Shown here: in pieces, positions 1-8,830 of the stretch | How positions within the stretch are numbered: the stretch's first letter is position 1 | Layout: every line of letters begins with the position of its first letter | Source of the DNA: an uncultured Bacteroidales bacterium | Lineage (GTDB): Bacteria > Bacteroidota > Bacteroidia > Bacteroidales > JAADJA01 | Reading direction: 5' to 3' | DNA length: 64,000 nt | Assembly: GCA_963749345.1 (NCBI GenBank) | Contig: CAVVMO010000001.1 | Location: forward strand, 1,011,336 to 1,075,335 | The notes under the pieces: generated by a model | What the model was told of the DNA's origin: nothing | Databases searched by the model: none | The model's input: only the letters and a program-made list of their open reading frames with translations | Translations under genes and position numbers: made by a program

Positions 1-677
1 GTAACGGTATTGTTCCCGCCATGATATGTACCATCAGGATTTGCCAAAGGATTAATATAGATTTCAATATTGTTTATAAGGTTGGCAATGTTTGTGGATG
101 TTGAATAAGTTGTCAGCAACGAATCGATCAATCTTAACATGAGCACATAACCTGTAATCTCATCGCCATGGATACTCGAAGTATAAAAAAACTCAGGCTC
201 TGCCTCATCCGTCAAGACATTATCGGAAATTTTGGCGACCAGTATTTCTCTTCCCTGAATAGATTGACCTATGCTGAACACATCGCATAATCCAGGGTAA
301 TTCGTTTCAAAAGCATACATCATGCTTACATAGGCAGTATAAGTTGGATAAGCATCCCAGGCATCGGTTCCTTTTATAGCTTCATAATCTTTCATCACAG
401 GATTAAATCCTTCATTTGGATGGGGTAGTAAAGTATAGGGAATCCCGGTTACTTCAAAGTCATTCATTTCCTTTTCATTGGCGTAGGCAAAAACGAGGTT
501 GCCGCTGACATTGTCAATCGAGATGATTTTGGTGATCCACGAAATATCTTTTTTATCTGAAACCTGGAATTGAAAATAGACCTCACCATTTTTCTTAAGC
601 ATTTCATCTTTGCTAAACTGGCTAAAACCAATAAAAGCTGACAAAAGGAATACAGCAACAAAAACTAATCTTTTCAT
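1..677 (-). CDS. Zinc carboxypeptidase, peptidase M14 family (N-terminal part; gene runs off the window start)
   Basis: Own translation of the minus strand from the ATG at 675-677. It reads MKRLVFVAVFLLSAFIGFSQ (signal peptide) ... PEFFYTSSIHGDEITGY (M14 HxxE zinc-ligand motif) ... INPLANPDGTYHGGNNTV, with no stop down to position 1. It is absent from the ORF track because it is open-ended. Confidence 0.75.
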   Translation of the reverse strand, partial: MKRLVFVAVFLLSAFIGFSQFSKDEMLKKNGEVYFQFQVSDKKDISWITKIISIDNVSGNLVFAYANEKEMNDFEVTGIPYTLLPHPNEGFNPVMKDYEAIKGTDAWDAYPTYTAYVSMMYAFETNYPGLCDVFSIGQSIQGREILVAKISDNVLTDEAEPEFFYTSSIHGDEITGYVLMLRLIDSLLTTYSTSTNIANLINNIEIYINPLANPDGTYHGGNNTV

Positions 678-712
678 AAAAAAATAAGGATATAAAAACG
701 ACCAAATAAATA

Positions 713-1916
713 CTATTCAAAATCAGGGTAAAGTAAGTACTTTTTCCTGATTTCCTTAAATGCCTGAATATCTTTCTCCCAGCTTTGCCTGATCTCGTCT
801 TCTGTAGATCCGGCAATGATTTGTTTTCGCAGCTGATCTGACCCGGCGAGTTTATCAAAAAAAGGATTGAAAAAATCTTTGCGTTGACTAAAAACCTTAT
901 ACATTTCGAGCAGATAAAACAAGTTCAGTTTCCGAATGGTATCCTGCACATTTTCAGCATACCCAGCAAGGGAGTGTCCATAACAATGAACTCCTTCATA
1001 CGGCGGATCCATTGCCTTACCGGGAATATCTCTGGGAACAAAATCATAACTCCCAACCAAATAATCAGGATGGCCGATAACCTGGAAAGGATTATCAGTA
1101 CCACGTCCGACACTGATAATTGTACCTTCAAAAAAGCAAAGTGAGGGATAAAGTTGGATGGCTGTATTGTTCGGCAAGTTCGGAGAAGGGGGAACCGGCA
1201 ATTCATAGATCGTTTTATGATTGTAATTTTCACAACTTACAATGATCAGGTCGCAACAGGTTATACTGTCCTTTAGCCAATGCTCACCGATTATCATTCT
1301 AGCATATTCCCCGATCGTCATGCCGTAAACAACCGGAACAGGATGCAATCCAACAAATGATGAAAAAGCAGTATTGAGCACAGGACCATCAATATAATCG
1401 CCATGAGGATTTGGACGGTCAAGCACAATCAATGGAATGTTGTTTTCTGCGCAAGCTTCCATCACATAAGTCAGGGTCGAAATATAAGTATAGAACCTTG
1501 CGCCGACATCCTGAATATCGAAGATCATGAGATCGATACCGGCTAAATCTCCAGGAGTCGGTTTCTTGTTTTTACCATACAGTGAAACAACCGGAATGCC
1601 CGTTTTTGGATCAATATTACTTTTGATTTCCTCACCTGCGCCTGCACCTCCCCTGAAACCATGTTCAGGTCCAAAAGCTTTCACCACATTGAAGCCAGCA
1701 AGAATGAGGCTGTCGACGATATGAGTTGTTCTAATTAGTGAGATTCTGGTTGGCAACCACACCGATTCTCTTTCCTTCTAAATCCTTAAAGTAAGTATAT
1801 GTTCGCTCAGCACCAACCATGACAGGCACTTTGGATTCCTGCGCAAAAATGTAGCCCCATTGAGTAACCAGATTAAAAATAGTTATCCAAAAGATGATTG
1901 AAATTCCTGGTCTCAC
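713..1916 (-). pseudogene. DUF1343 / NamZ-like exo-beta-N-acetylmuramidase family gene with a broken reading frame (apparent 1-nt insertion near 1745-1752, or an assembly error)
   Basis: ORFs 1731..2012 and 713..1762 together give one family-typical protein. The join reads ...VMVGAERTYTYFKDLEGKRIGVVANQ | frame change | SLIRTTHIVDSLILAGFNVVKAFGPEHGFRG... The likely start is the GTG at 1914-1916, giving MRPGISIIFWITIFNLV (signal-like). Confidence 0.6.
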
Positions 1917-2088
1917 TCCCCCTTTGAAGGGGGTTGGGGGGATGTTATTTTGCTTTTTCAAGTTCCTCAATTTTTTGCAAGGAGTATCCATTGGAACCAC
2001 GATTAATAACACAAGCGATCTGGCTGCAAAATTAATTTTGTAATTCTTAACCTTAAACCTGCTATCCTTCCGGCGATCACCCTTGGGG

Positions 2089-2123
2089 TGAAACTTGAAA
2101 CTTTGAACTTGAAACCTTGAACT
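2089..2123. repeat. Five tandem degenerate heptamers (TGAAACT TGAAACT TTGAACT TGAAACC TTGAACT) abutting the stop codon of the 2127..5441 gene
   Basis: Direct reading of 2089-2123. The stop codon (tta on the + strand) is at 2127-2129. Confidence 0.8.
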
Positions 2124-2126
2124 AAA

Positions 2127-5100
2127 TTATTCAATATTCCATTCCGGTAACCTTCCGGGTGTCCAGGGTGCTCCAATGCTTTCAAGCTCTTTTTCAATCG
2201 CAGGAAGTTCATTTTCAAAAATATCTTTAAGTTCATTCAGAATCGGCGGGAACTCCTCTTTTAGAATTTCATAACCATCCTTCTGGGTTTGAGTAATTCC
2301 AGACGTAGAACTGTAATGAGTATAAATAATGGAATAAAGCCTGTCGTTGATGGAAGGTATGGCCGGCCAGTTCTCTTCCTGGCTTGCCTTTGCTTCCTGT
2401 CCGTTATATTTCCATAGGATGTTGTCCATTTGTGTCTCCACTTTTTCAATTTTCTTTATCAATTCTATTCCGGCTTCGGGTGTACGTTGTGCTGCTTGCT
2501 TATCGCTTCTGATTCTTTCCATTAGATCGTTGGCAAAATCTTCAGTTCCCCTGATCACGCGGCCGAGTTCTGAAAGCTTTTGCTGGAAAGCAACAAGTTC
2601 TGCCCTGTCTTCTGCAGGAAGCGTTGTATTGTTCAACGGTTTTGCAATAAAATCAACCGGGCCAGCCAGTTCTTTCAACTCACCCCTGAAAACCTGCGCC
2701 ATCGATATCGTATATTTACCGGGAAGAACAAACATTCCATCGCCACCCATACTCATCGGATCAAATTTTTCTTCAACCCTGACCGGTGATGCAGATGGAT
2801 ACCTGAAGTTCCAGGTCAACCGGCTGATGCCTTCGCTTATACTTTTAGTTAGTTTTCTGACAATTTCTCCCTTTTCATCTTTAATCGTAAAAACCAGGTA
2901 GGGTTCTATTTCATTTTCCTCGGCGCGCAACTCATCCATAGTCGGTGTAGGGATGGGCTTTTTATCTTTGGCCAGTTCCTTTTCCTTTTCGCGCCTCTCA
3001 TCCTTCAGGGTTTTTGGTGTTTCCTTCACATAATAGGTAAATGTAGCACCGTATGACGGATTCTCAGCAATATAAAGATTCGAACCACTGCCATAACCAC
3101 CTCTATATTTTTGAACATACATCAATGCATCTTTGATTGGAAAAATATAAGCGGTTGAATCAAGAAGTTCCTTGTTTAATTTTCGCAATGGTGAATAATC
3201 ATCAAGAATGTAAAATCCGCGTCCGAAAGTGGCTAGTACGAGATCACTCTCTCTTTCCTGTATCGCAATGTCTTTAACTGAAACTGCAGGAATTCCCGAT
3301 TTAAGCTGTGTCCAGATTTTACCACCGTCTATTGTAAAGAAACAACCAAACTCGGTTCCCACGAACAATAAATCAGGATTGATGAAATCCTGCTGGATGG
3401 TGTGAACTGTTCCTTTATCAGGAAGATTTCCTGCAATGGATGTCCATGATTTCCCTTTATCTGTGCTTTTCAGCAAATACGGTTTGAAATCATCTCTGAG
3501 AATATTATCAAAGGATGCAAAAACAATGTTTTCATCAAACTTTGAAGCAAGGATATCACTCACATAAGTATTGGCAGGAACACCCGGGAAGGATTCGCAT
3601 TTTCTCCAGCTTCCGCCGGCATCTTCAGTTACCTGGATCAATCCGTCATCAGTTCCGATAAAGAGCAGGTTTTCTTTCACTTTTGATTCATCAATGGAAA
3701 CAGCCATGCCATAAAGCGAGGTCGAAACATCTTTTGCAACAGCATCAATGCTCCAAAACTGATCCATCACTGGCCAGGTATTCCTGTCGATCTTTGCAGT
3801 AATGTCATCACTTATAACTTTCCATGATTGTCCCCGGTCATCGCTCCTGAATATCTTGTTGGCGCCCATGTATAGCCGTGTGGGCGAATGCGGGCTTAGC
3901 ATATAAGGTGTATTCCAGTTCCATTTGTAGCTCTCCTCCCCTTTCCTCGGTTGTGGTTTGATGTTGATTGCTTCCCCGCTCTTCTTATCGTAACGATAAA
4001 TGTTTCCATACTGGTAAGCAGAATAGACAATATCGGGATTTGTAGGCTCGATTGCCTGAAAGAATCCATCGCCACCTAAGGTAGTAACCCATTCGCAACT
4101 GGAAACACCATCAGTATTTATGTTTCGGGAAGGTCCTCCAAAGCTGCTGTTGTCCTGTGTTCCGCCATAAACCCAGTAAAAAGGTTCGGTATTGTCGACT
4201 GCAACCCTGTAAAACTGAGTTACCGGCAGGTTGGTTTTATGAATATAGGTTGCGCCCCTATCAAAAGTTTCATAAACACCACCATCACCCCCGATCATAA
4301 AATGACGGGTATCTGTTGGATCGATCCATAATGCATGGTCATCCACGTGCCGGTCATTATTCCCCATGCTCTGCCATGTTTTACCTCCGTCCTCTGTAAA
4401 AGCCGAAACGGTTTCAGTGGAATAGACTTTATTTGCATTCACTGGGTCGCAATATATTTCATTATAATATTGGCCGGCATCATGATGGTCGCTCATTTTT
4501 TCCCAGGATTCTCCCATATCTGTCGAACGATAGAACCCGCTATTGTCCATGGCTGCTTCAATGATGGCATAAACAATATTGGGATCAACCGGTGAAATAG
4601 CGATTCCCATTCCTCCTTTATCCACTCCCGGAATCCCTGATTCCAGTTTGCGCCAGTTTTTACCGCCGTCTTCTGATTTATAAACGGCTGTTTCGGGTCC
4701 TCCACCAATTTTGGTATGGACATGACTTCTTCTTTGCTCTGAAGTTGCAAACATAATATCCGGATTGCACGGATGAATAATTACATTGTTTACACCTGTA
4801 TGCTCCGAAATATTCAACACCTTTTCCCAGGTTTTTCCGCCATCTGCAGTTTTATAAAGTCCTCTTTCACCACCCGGACCCCAAACGGAGCCTTCAGCTG
4901 CGACAAAAACTATATCTGTATTCCGGGGATCAATGGCAATCATACCGATCTGGCGTGATTCTTTCAAACCCATGTTTTTCCATGATTTGCCGCCGTCAGT
5001 GGTTTTATAAACTCCATCACCATAGCCAAGTGCCCGTTGATGATTATTTTCACCGGTACCAGCCCAAACTACATTTGGATTTTTTGGATCCATCTCCAGA

Positions 5101-5441
5101 CAACCGATCGCATAGGCGCCATAGTTATCAAAGACAGGCTCGAATGTGGTACCGTTATTAACTGTTTTCCAGATATGGCCTGATGCCACTGCCACATAAT
5201 ATTCACTGTGATTTTTTGGATTGACTGCAAAATCAGCAATCCTGCCTGAAGTGAAAGCCGGTCCGATACTGCGGAATTTTAATCCGCTTACATGGCTCGT
5301 TTTTATCGTATCGTTTTTTTTGTCGTCATCTTTTCCTTTTCCGGCAAACAGGGAATTCGACATAAACAGGAATGACAGTAATATAGCCATTCCTAAAGAT
5401 AGGTTAACTAACCTTTGTTTTGATTGTGTTGATTTTTTCAT
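2127..5441 (-). CDS. Secreted BNR/Asp-box repeat protein, sortilin/VPS10-like beta-propeller family
   Basis: 1104-aa ORF with an N-terminal signal peptide. It has many S/T-x-D-x-G-x-[ST]-W boxes (TTDGGKSWK, TADGGKTWE, SEDGGKNWR, STDMGESWE, TEDGGKTWQ, SDDRGQSWK, TEDAGGSWR, STDKGKSWT, TIDGGKIWT). It is a clear paralog of 17086..20178. Confidence 0.8.
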   Translation of the reverse strand: MKKSTQSKQRLVNLSLGMAILLSFLFMSNSLFAGKGKDDDKKNDTIKTSHVSGLKFRSIGPAFTSGRIADFAVNPKNHSEYYVAVASGHIWKTVNNGTTFEPVFDNYGAYAIGCLEMDPKNPNVVWAGTGENNHQRALGYGDGVYKTTDGGKSWKNMGLKESRQIGMIAIDPRNTDIVFVAAEGSVWGPGGERGLYKTADGGKTWEKVLNISEHTGVNNVIIHPCNPDIMFATSEQRRSHVHTKIGGGPETAVYKSEDGGKNWRKLESGIPGVDKGGMGIAISPVDPNIVYAIIEAAMDNSGFYRSTDMGESWEKMSDHHDAGQYYNEIYCDPVNANKVYSTETVSAFTEDGGKTWQSMGNNDRHVDDHALWIDPTDTRHFMIGGDGGVYETFDRGATYIHKTNLPVTQFYRVAVDNTEPFYWVYGGTQDNSSFGGPSRNINTDGVSSCEWVTTLGGDGFFQAIEPTNPDIVYSAYQYGNIYRYDKKSGEAINIKPQPRKGEESYKWNWNTPYMLSPHSPTRLYMGANKIFRSDDRGQSWKVISDDITAKIDRNTWPVMDQFWSIDAVAKDVSTSLYGMAVSIDESKVKENLLFIGTDDGLIQVTEDAGGSWRKCESFPGVPANTYVSDILASKFDENIVFASFDNILRDDFKPYLLKSTDKGKSWTSIAGNLPDKGTVHTIQQDFINPDLLFVGTEFGCFFTIDGGKIWTQLKSGIPAVSVKDIAIQERESDLVLATFGRGFYILDDYSPLRKLNKELLDSTAYIFPIKDALMYVQKYRGGYGSGSNLYIAENPSYGATFTYYVKETPKTLKDERREKEKELAKDKKPIPTPTMDELRAEENEIEPYLVFTIKDEKGEIVRKLTKSISEGISRLTWNFRYPSASPVRVEEKFDPMSMGGDGMFVLPGKYTISMAQVFRGELKELAGPVDFIAKPLNNTTLPAEDRAELVAFQQKLSELGRVIRGTEDFANDLMERIRSDKQAAQRTPEAGIELIKKIEKVETQMDNILWKYNGQEAKASQEENWPAIPSINDRLYSIIYTHYSSTSGITQTQKDGYEILKEEFPPILNELKDIFENELPAIEKELESIGAPWTPGRLPEWNIE

Positions 5442-5530
5442 TGTTTTTTTATTTCGTTATATATTTAAAACTCACCATGCGGTTGGAAAATATTACCAAC
5501 AAAATGAACTGAAATTCCGGAAATCCAATT

Positions 5531-5694
5531 TACCACATTGAATCATGGGATCATAGTTTTCACATAGTCTGGCATTGAATTTAAAATCTAAATATTTGGT
5601 TTTTAGATTTATTGAAACCTATGTGATTGCCTATGTTTCTAATGTGCCTTATGTGGTAAAAAAATTTTCTTGTCTTTTTAAATTTTCACATAGA
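5531..5694. repeat. Composite inverted/direct repeat region built on the CCTATGTG / CACATAGG motif
   Basis: TTTTCACATAG occurs at 5557-5567 and 5684-5694. These copies flank an opposite-orientation array, cctATGTgattgcctATGTttctaATGTgccttATGTggt (5618-5657). ACCACAT (5532-5538) pairs with ATGTGGT (5651-5657). The region lies in the 312-nt spacer upstream of the 2127..5441 gene. Confidence 0.7.
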
Positions 5695-5753
5695 CAAATT
5701 TCAGTGGCTAAAAGTACGGTAATTTTAAAGAAATTTTAATTAACCTGAAAAAA

Positions 5754-7001
5754 TTATTCCTCCATTATTTCCTCGGCCATTAAATATCCGTGAGCGGTGG
5801 CATAAATTATGGAACGAGTGTATCCTGAGCAATCGCCTATAAATTTCAGGTTTGAAAATTCCCGGTTGTTTAAAGTGTTCGAATAAAACTTTATCTCAGG
5901 AGCATAAACCAAATTATCAGGGTGAGTGATCCCAGGAATGACCTTGTTCAGGTTTTCGGCAAAGTCAATAATGCTCTCAATGATCCTCCTTGGATAAGCA
6001 AGGTTAATATCACCCAGTATGTATTTCTCATGCGGGAGTGTCGGCAAAACCCGGTACAAATTTTTGGTTCTCCTTGAATTAACAAAGTGACTATAGGTTT
6101 GAAGGATGACCCGGTTTCCTCCCAGCATATTTGACATTTGAGCAATATTGGAACCATAACCGATGGGGTCATTAAAAGGTTCGGTAAGCTGAACAGTAGT
6201 TAAAATGGCGAAGTTGGTGTTTTTGCTCTTTTCTCTGATTTTGGCATGACCATTTACCGTTGTAAAATCATCGTAATTTTCCGTTACCACATACCCCGAA
6301 GGATTATTGCAAAAGGTCCTGACCATATAACCGGTTTTACTTTTATATTTTATTTTAAATTCGTACATCTCACGGTTAAGGTCTTCGACTATGTGATCCG
6401 GAAGTTCAAAACGGACACCAATATCCACCCTTGTGCTATCCAAAACTAATTTTGGATACTGATTTATGATGGCTTTAATGAGTTTATGTCCGCTTCGCCC
6501 TATTGCTACAACGACCTTGTCGAAATCCTTATCAAATCCTATATCAACTTTATTATCCTTAACCTCAATCCGTGTGACCTCTTTTTCAAAATGAAAATGA
6601 ACTTTTGGTAACGACCGGTATTCCTCATAAATATTGTACAACACCTCTTTCAGTTGGTCCGTTCCCAGGTGATAAAATTCAGAAATGACCGGCAGGAAGC
6701 CTTTTTCATAGAACTTTTTATAATAATCCATGTTGGTAAAGGAGCTGCCTCTTTCGTATTTTCCATTGTCGGTCTTCTCAATCCAGAAATCGACTAATTT
6801 TTTTTGAAGATCCAATTCTACATCCAGCTCACCACCCATTTCCTTTGAAACGAACAACTTTCCATCGGCACGTATACCTGAAATGCTGGATGAGTAAATA
6901 TCTTTGCTTTTTTCAAAGATGTGAATTTCGTGACCTGCGTTTTTAATCCGCTCTATAAAACCCATGGCTGCCGCGCCAAATCCAATGATTGCTATTTTCA
7001 T
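5754..7001 (-). CDS. NAD(P)/FAD-dependent oxidoreductase (COG2509-like uncharacterised FAD-dependent dehydrogenase)
   Basis: 415-aa ORF. It has an N-terminal Rossmann motif (KIAIIGFGAAAMG) and a C-terminal IGDCSGYTRSIIYATAHG. Confidence 0.7.
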   Translation of the reverse strand: MKIAIIGFGAAAMGFIERIKNAGHEIHIFEKSKDIYSSSISGIRADGKLFVSKEMGGELDVELDLQKKLVDFWIEKTDNGKYERGSSFTNMDYYKKFYEKGFLPVISEFYHLGTDQLKEVLYNIYEEYRSLPKVHFHFEKEVTRIEVKDNKVDIGFDKDFDKVVVAIGRSGHKLIKAIINQYPKLVLDSTRVDIGVRFELPDHIVEDLNREMYEFKIKYKSKTGYMVRTFCNNPSGYVVTENYDDFTTVNGHAKIREKSKNTNFAILTTVQLTEPFNDPIGYGSNIAQMSNMLGGNRVILQTYSHFVNSRRTKNLYRVLPTLPHEKYILGDINLAYPRRIIESIIDFAENLNKVIPGITHPDNLVYAPEIKFYSNTLNNREFSNLKFIGDCSGYTRSIIYATAHGYLMAEEIMEE

Positions 7002-7068
7002 AATTTATTTTTCAAGCCTGATAAAATTAATCGTTTTTTAAAATTTATGATAAAATTAAAAACTTATC

Positions 7069-7099
7069 TTGATATGGGCTTTACAATTTCGTATCTTTG
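7069..7099 (+). promoter_or_regulatory. Candidate Bacteroidota sigma-A promoter for the dodecin gene (TTG - 20 nt - TATCTTTG)
   Basis: TATCTTTG at 7092-7099 matches the -7 consensus TAnnTTTG exactly. A TTG lies at 7069-7071, and the start codon is 49 nt downstream of the -7 box. Confidence 0.45.
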
Positions 7100-7133
7100 G
7101 CAAGATCAAAAAACATATTGTTTAATAAAACTT

Positions 7134-7140
7134 AAGGAGG
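7134..7140 (+). promoter_or_regulatory. Strong Shine-Dalgarno sequence AAGGAGG, 7 nt upstream of the dodecin ATG
   Basis: Sequence cttAAGGAGGaaaaacgATG. Confidence 0.6.
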
Positions 7141-7147
7141 AAAAACG

Positions 7148-7360
7148 ATGCCCGATAGTATTTACAAAGTGATCGAACTGATCGGTTCCAGCGATAAAAG
7201 CTGGGAAGACGCCGCCAAAAAAGCCGTTGAAAAGGCCGCCGAAACACTTGAAGACCTTCGCATTGCTGAAGTCTCAGCCATGGACATGAAAATAGAGGAA
7301 GGAAAGGTAGTGGCTTACAGAACAAAGGTAAAATTATCTTTCAGGTTCAGAGAAAGGTAA
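7148..7360 (+). CDS. Dodecin family flavin-binding protein
   Basis: 70-aa ORF MPDSIYKVIELIGSSDKSWEDAAKKAVEKAAETLEDLRIAEV...GKVVAYRTKVKLSFRF, which matches the dodecin size and pattern. Confidence 0.85.
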   Translation: MPDSIYKVIELIGSSDKSWEDAAKKAVEKAAETLEDLRIAEVSAMDMKIEEGKVVAYRTKVKLSFRFRER

Positions 7361-7378
7361 TAGTTAACGTCAGATCAT

Positions 7379-7420
7379 AAAATCCTTTTCGCTCTGTGCG
7401 GGAAGGATTTTTTCATTTTC
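7379..7420 (+). terminator. Rho-independent terminator after the dodecin gene
   Basis: A 9-bp stem (AAAATCCTT at 7379-7387 with AAGGATTTT at 7403-7411) is followed by a T-rich run. Confidence 0.7.
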
Positions 7421-7448
7421 ATGAGAGGAAAAAATTATTTTTGTCCCG

Positions 7449-8018
7449 ATGATTATCATTGATAATACAATTATTTCTGAAGAAATACGGGACATCCATT
7501 TTTGCTGTAACATCGAAAAATGTAAAGGCGCCTGCTGTGTTGAAGGCGATGCAGGAGCCCCGCTTGAGGAAGAAGAGATTTCAGAGTTGGAGGATTACAT
7601 CGACAGGATCAAACCCTTTATGCAAAAGGAAGGGGTAAGTGTTGTTGAAAAATCCGGTGTTTTTGACTACGACATGCATGGTGAATATGTAACTCCGCTT
7701 ATTGCTGATAAAGACTGTGCATTTGTTTATTATGAAAAGGATATTGCAAGATGTGCTATTGAAAAAGCCTATGAAGAAAAGAAAATCGGGTTCAGGAAAC
7801 CGCTTTCCTGCCATCTCTATCCAATAAGAATAAAAAAGCATAATGGTTTCGACGCCGTAAATTATCATAAATGGTCTATCTGTCGGCCGGCCTGTATAAA
7901 TGGAAAAGAAATGAATTTACCTCTTTTCAGATTCTTAAAAGAACCTTTAATCAGGAAGTTTGGTGAGGAATGGTACAAGAAATTATTGAAATCTATTATC
8001 CAGGAGAACCATCCATAA
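7449..8018 (+). CDS. DUF3109 family Cys-rich protein
   Basis: 189-aa ORF with the family-typical N-terminus FCCNIEKCKGACCVEGDAGAPLEEEEISELE. Confidence 0.75.
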   Translation: MIIIDNTIISEEIRDIHFCCNIEKCKGACCVEGDAGAPLEEEEISELEDYIDRIKPFMQKEGVSVVEKSGVFDYDMHGEYVTPLIADKDCAFVYYEKDIARCAIEKAYEEKKIGFRKPLSCHLYPIRIKKHNGFDAVNYHKWSICRPACINGKEMNLPLFRFLKEPLIRKFGEEWYKKLLKSIIQENHP

Positions 8019-8104
8019 AAAATCATTTTCAATGAGATCATTTACCCAAATGATTATAAATGTACATTTGCTAAGTAAATATCAATAGATTTTGATCAAA
8101 AGAC

Positions 8105-8785
8105 ATGTATTATAGTTTTATGAAAGAAAACAATGGTTTGGCCTGGATGTCATTGGTCATTATTACTTTGCTCATTTCTTCGTGTCGTCATGAACCAGTA
8201 TTAATGGAAGGCACGCCTCCAGTTTGTTTCCAGGATCAGGTTTTACCTTTAATCCGATCGAATTGTGCAATTCCGGGTTGTCATGATGCTGGTTCCGATG
8301 AAGGTCCAACACTGACTGATTATGATAATATTTCACAATATGTTGAGCCGGGAAAACCCAATCACAGTGAACTCTATAAAGTGATAACGACTACCTCAGT
8401 GCTGGTAGAATTTATGCCTCCCTCACCCAGGGAACCATTAACCCAAAATCAGATCGACCTTATAAGTATTTGGATTTTACAGGGTGCTGAGAACAATTCC
8501 TGCTTATTATTCCCTTGCGATACACTGAATGTGACTTTTGCAGCAGATATTTTTCCAATTATCGAAAATTATTGCAAAGGTTGTCATAGCGGTAGTAATC
8601 CATCCGGAGGTATTGGCCTCGAAAACTATGATCAAATTGCAGCTGCAGGATTAAATGGCAAACTTTATGGGTCAGTCAGTTTTGCATCCGGATATGTTCC
8701 AATGCCATACCAGGGGGATATGTTACCTGAATGCTATATTGCTATGATAAAAATATGGGTTGATGCAGGAGCACCTAATAATTAA
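8105..8785 (+). CDS. Lipoprotein with two tandem planctomycete-cytochrome-c-like (PSCyt1-type) units
   Basis: Lipobox LLISSC. Two units fit the pattern F..V.P(L/I)I...C..CH....G..L..Y..I...L....MP...L....I..W...GA.NN. Unit 2 has a canonical CKGCH, while unit 1 has CAIPGCH (a C-x4-CH spacing). Confidence 0.55.
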   Translation: MYYSFMKENNGLAWMSLVIITLLISSCRHEPVLMEGTPPVCFQDQVLPLIRSNCAIPGCHDAGSDEGPTLTDYDNISQYVEPGKPNHSELYKVITTTSVLVEFMPPSPREPLTQNQIDLISIWILQGAENNSCLLFPCDTLNVTFAADIFPIIENYCKGCHSGSNPSGGIGLENYDQIAAAGLNGKLYGSVSFASGYVPMPYQGDMLPECYIAMIKIWVDAGAPNN

Positions 8786-8830
8786 TCAAGAACAATTTTT
8801 TTTCTTCACCAATTTCCTGAATATCACAAT

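Noticed and set aside
464-858. ORFs 464..661(-) and 622..858(-) from the track
   Set aside because: They are out of frame with, and overlap, the well-supported M14 carboxypeptidase frame (ATG at 677) and the short spacer. Their products are low-complexity with no motifs.
1917-2088. GC hairpins CCCCC-TTTGAA-GGGGG (~1917-1934) and TCACCC-CAA-GGGTGA (2071-2085) as terminators or REP copies
   Set aside because: Neither is followed by a T-tract. Their sequences differ from the GCCCGTAGGGC hairpins at the RAYT locus, so I could not support either assignment.
2347-2901. 184-aa plus-strand ORF (and other short ORFs) inside the 2127..5441 gene
   Set aside because: It is antisense to a strongly supported BNR-repeat CDS. 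The product is Ser/Leu/Phe-rich, as is typical of antisense translation.
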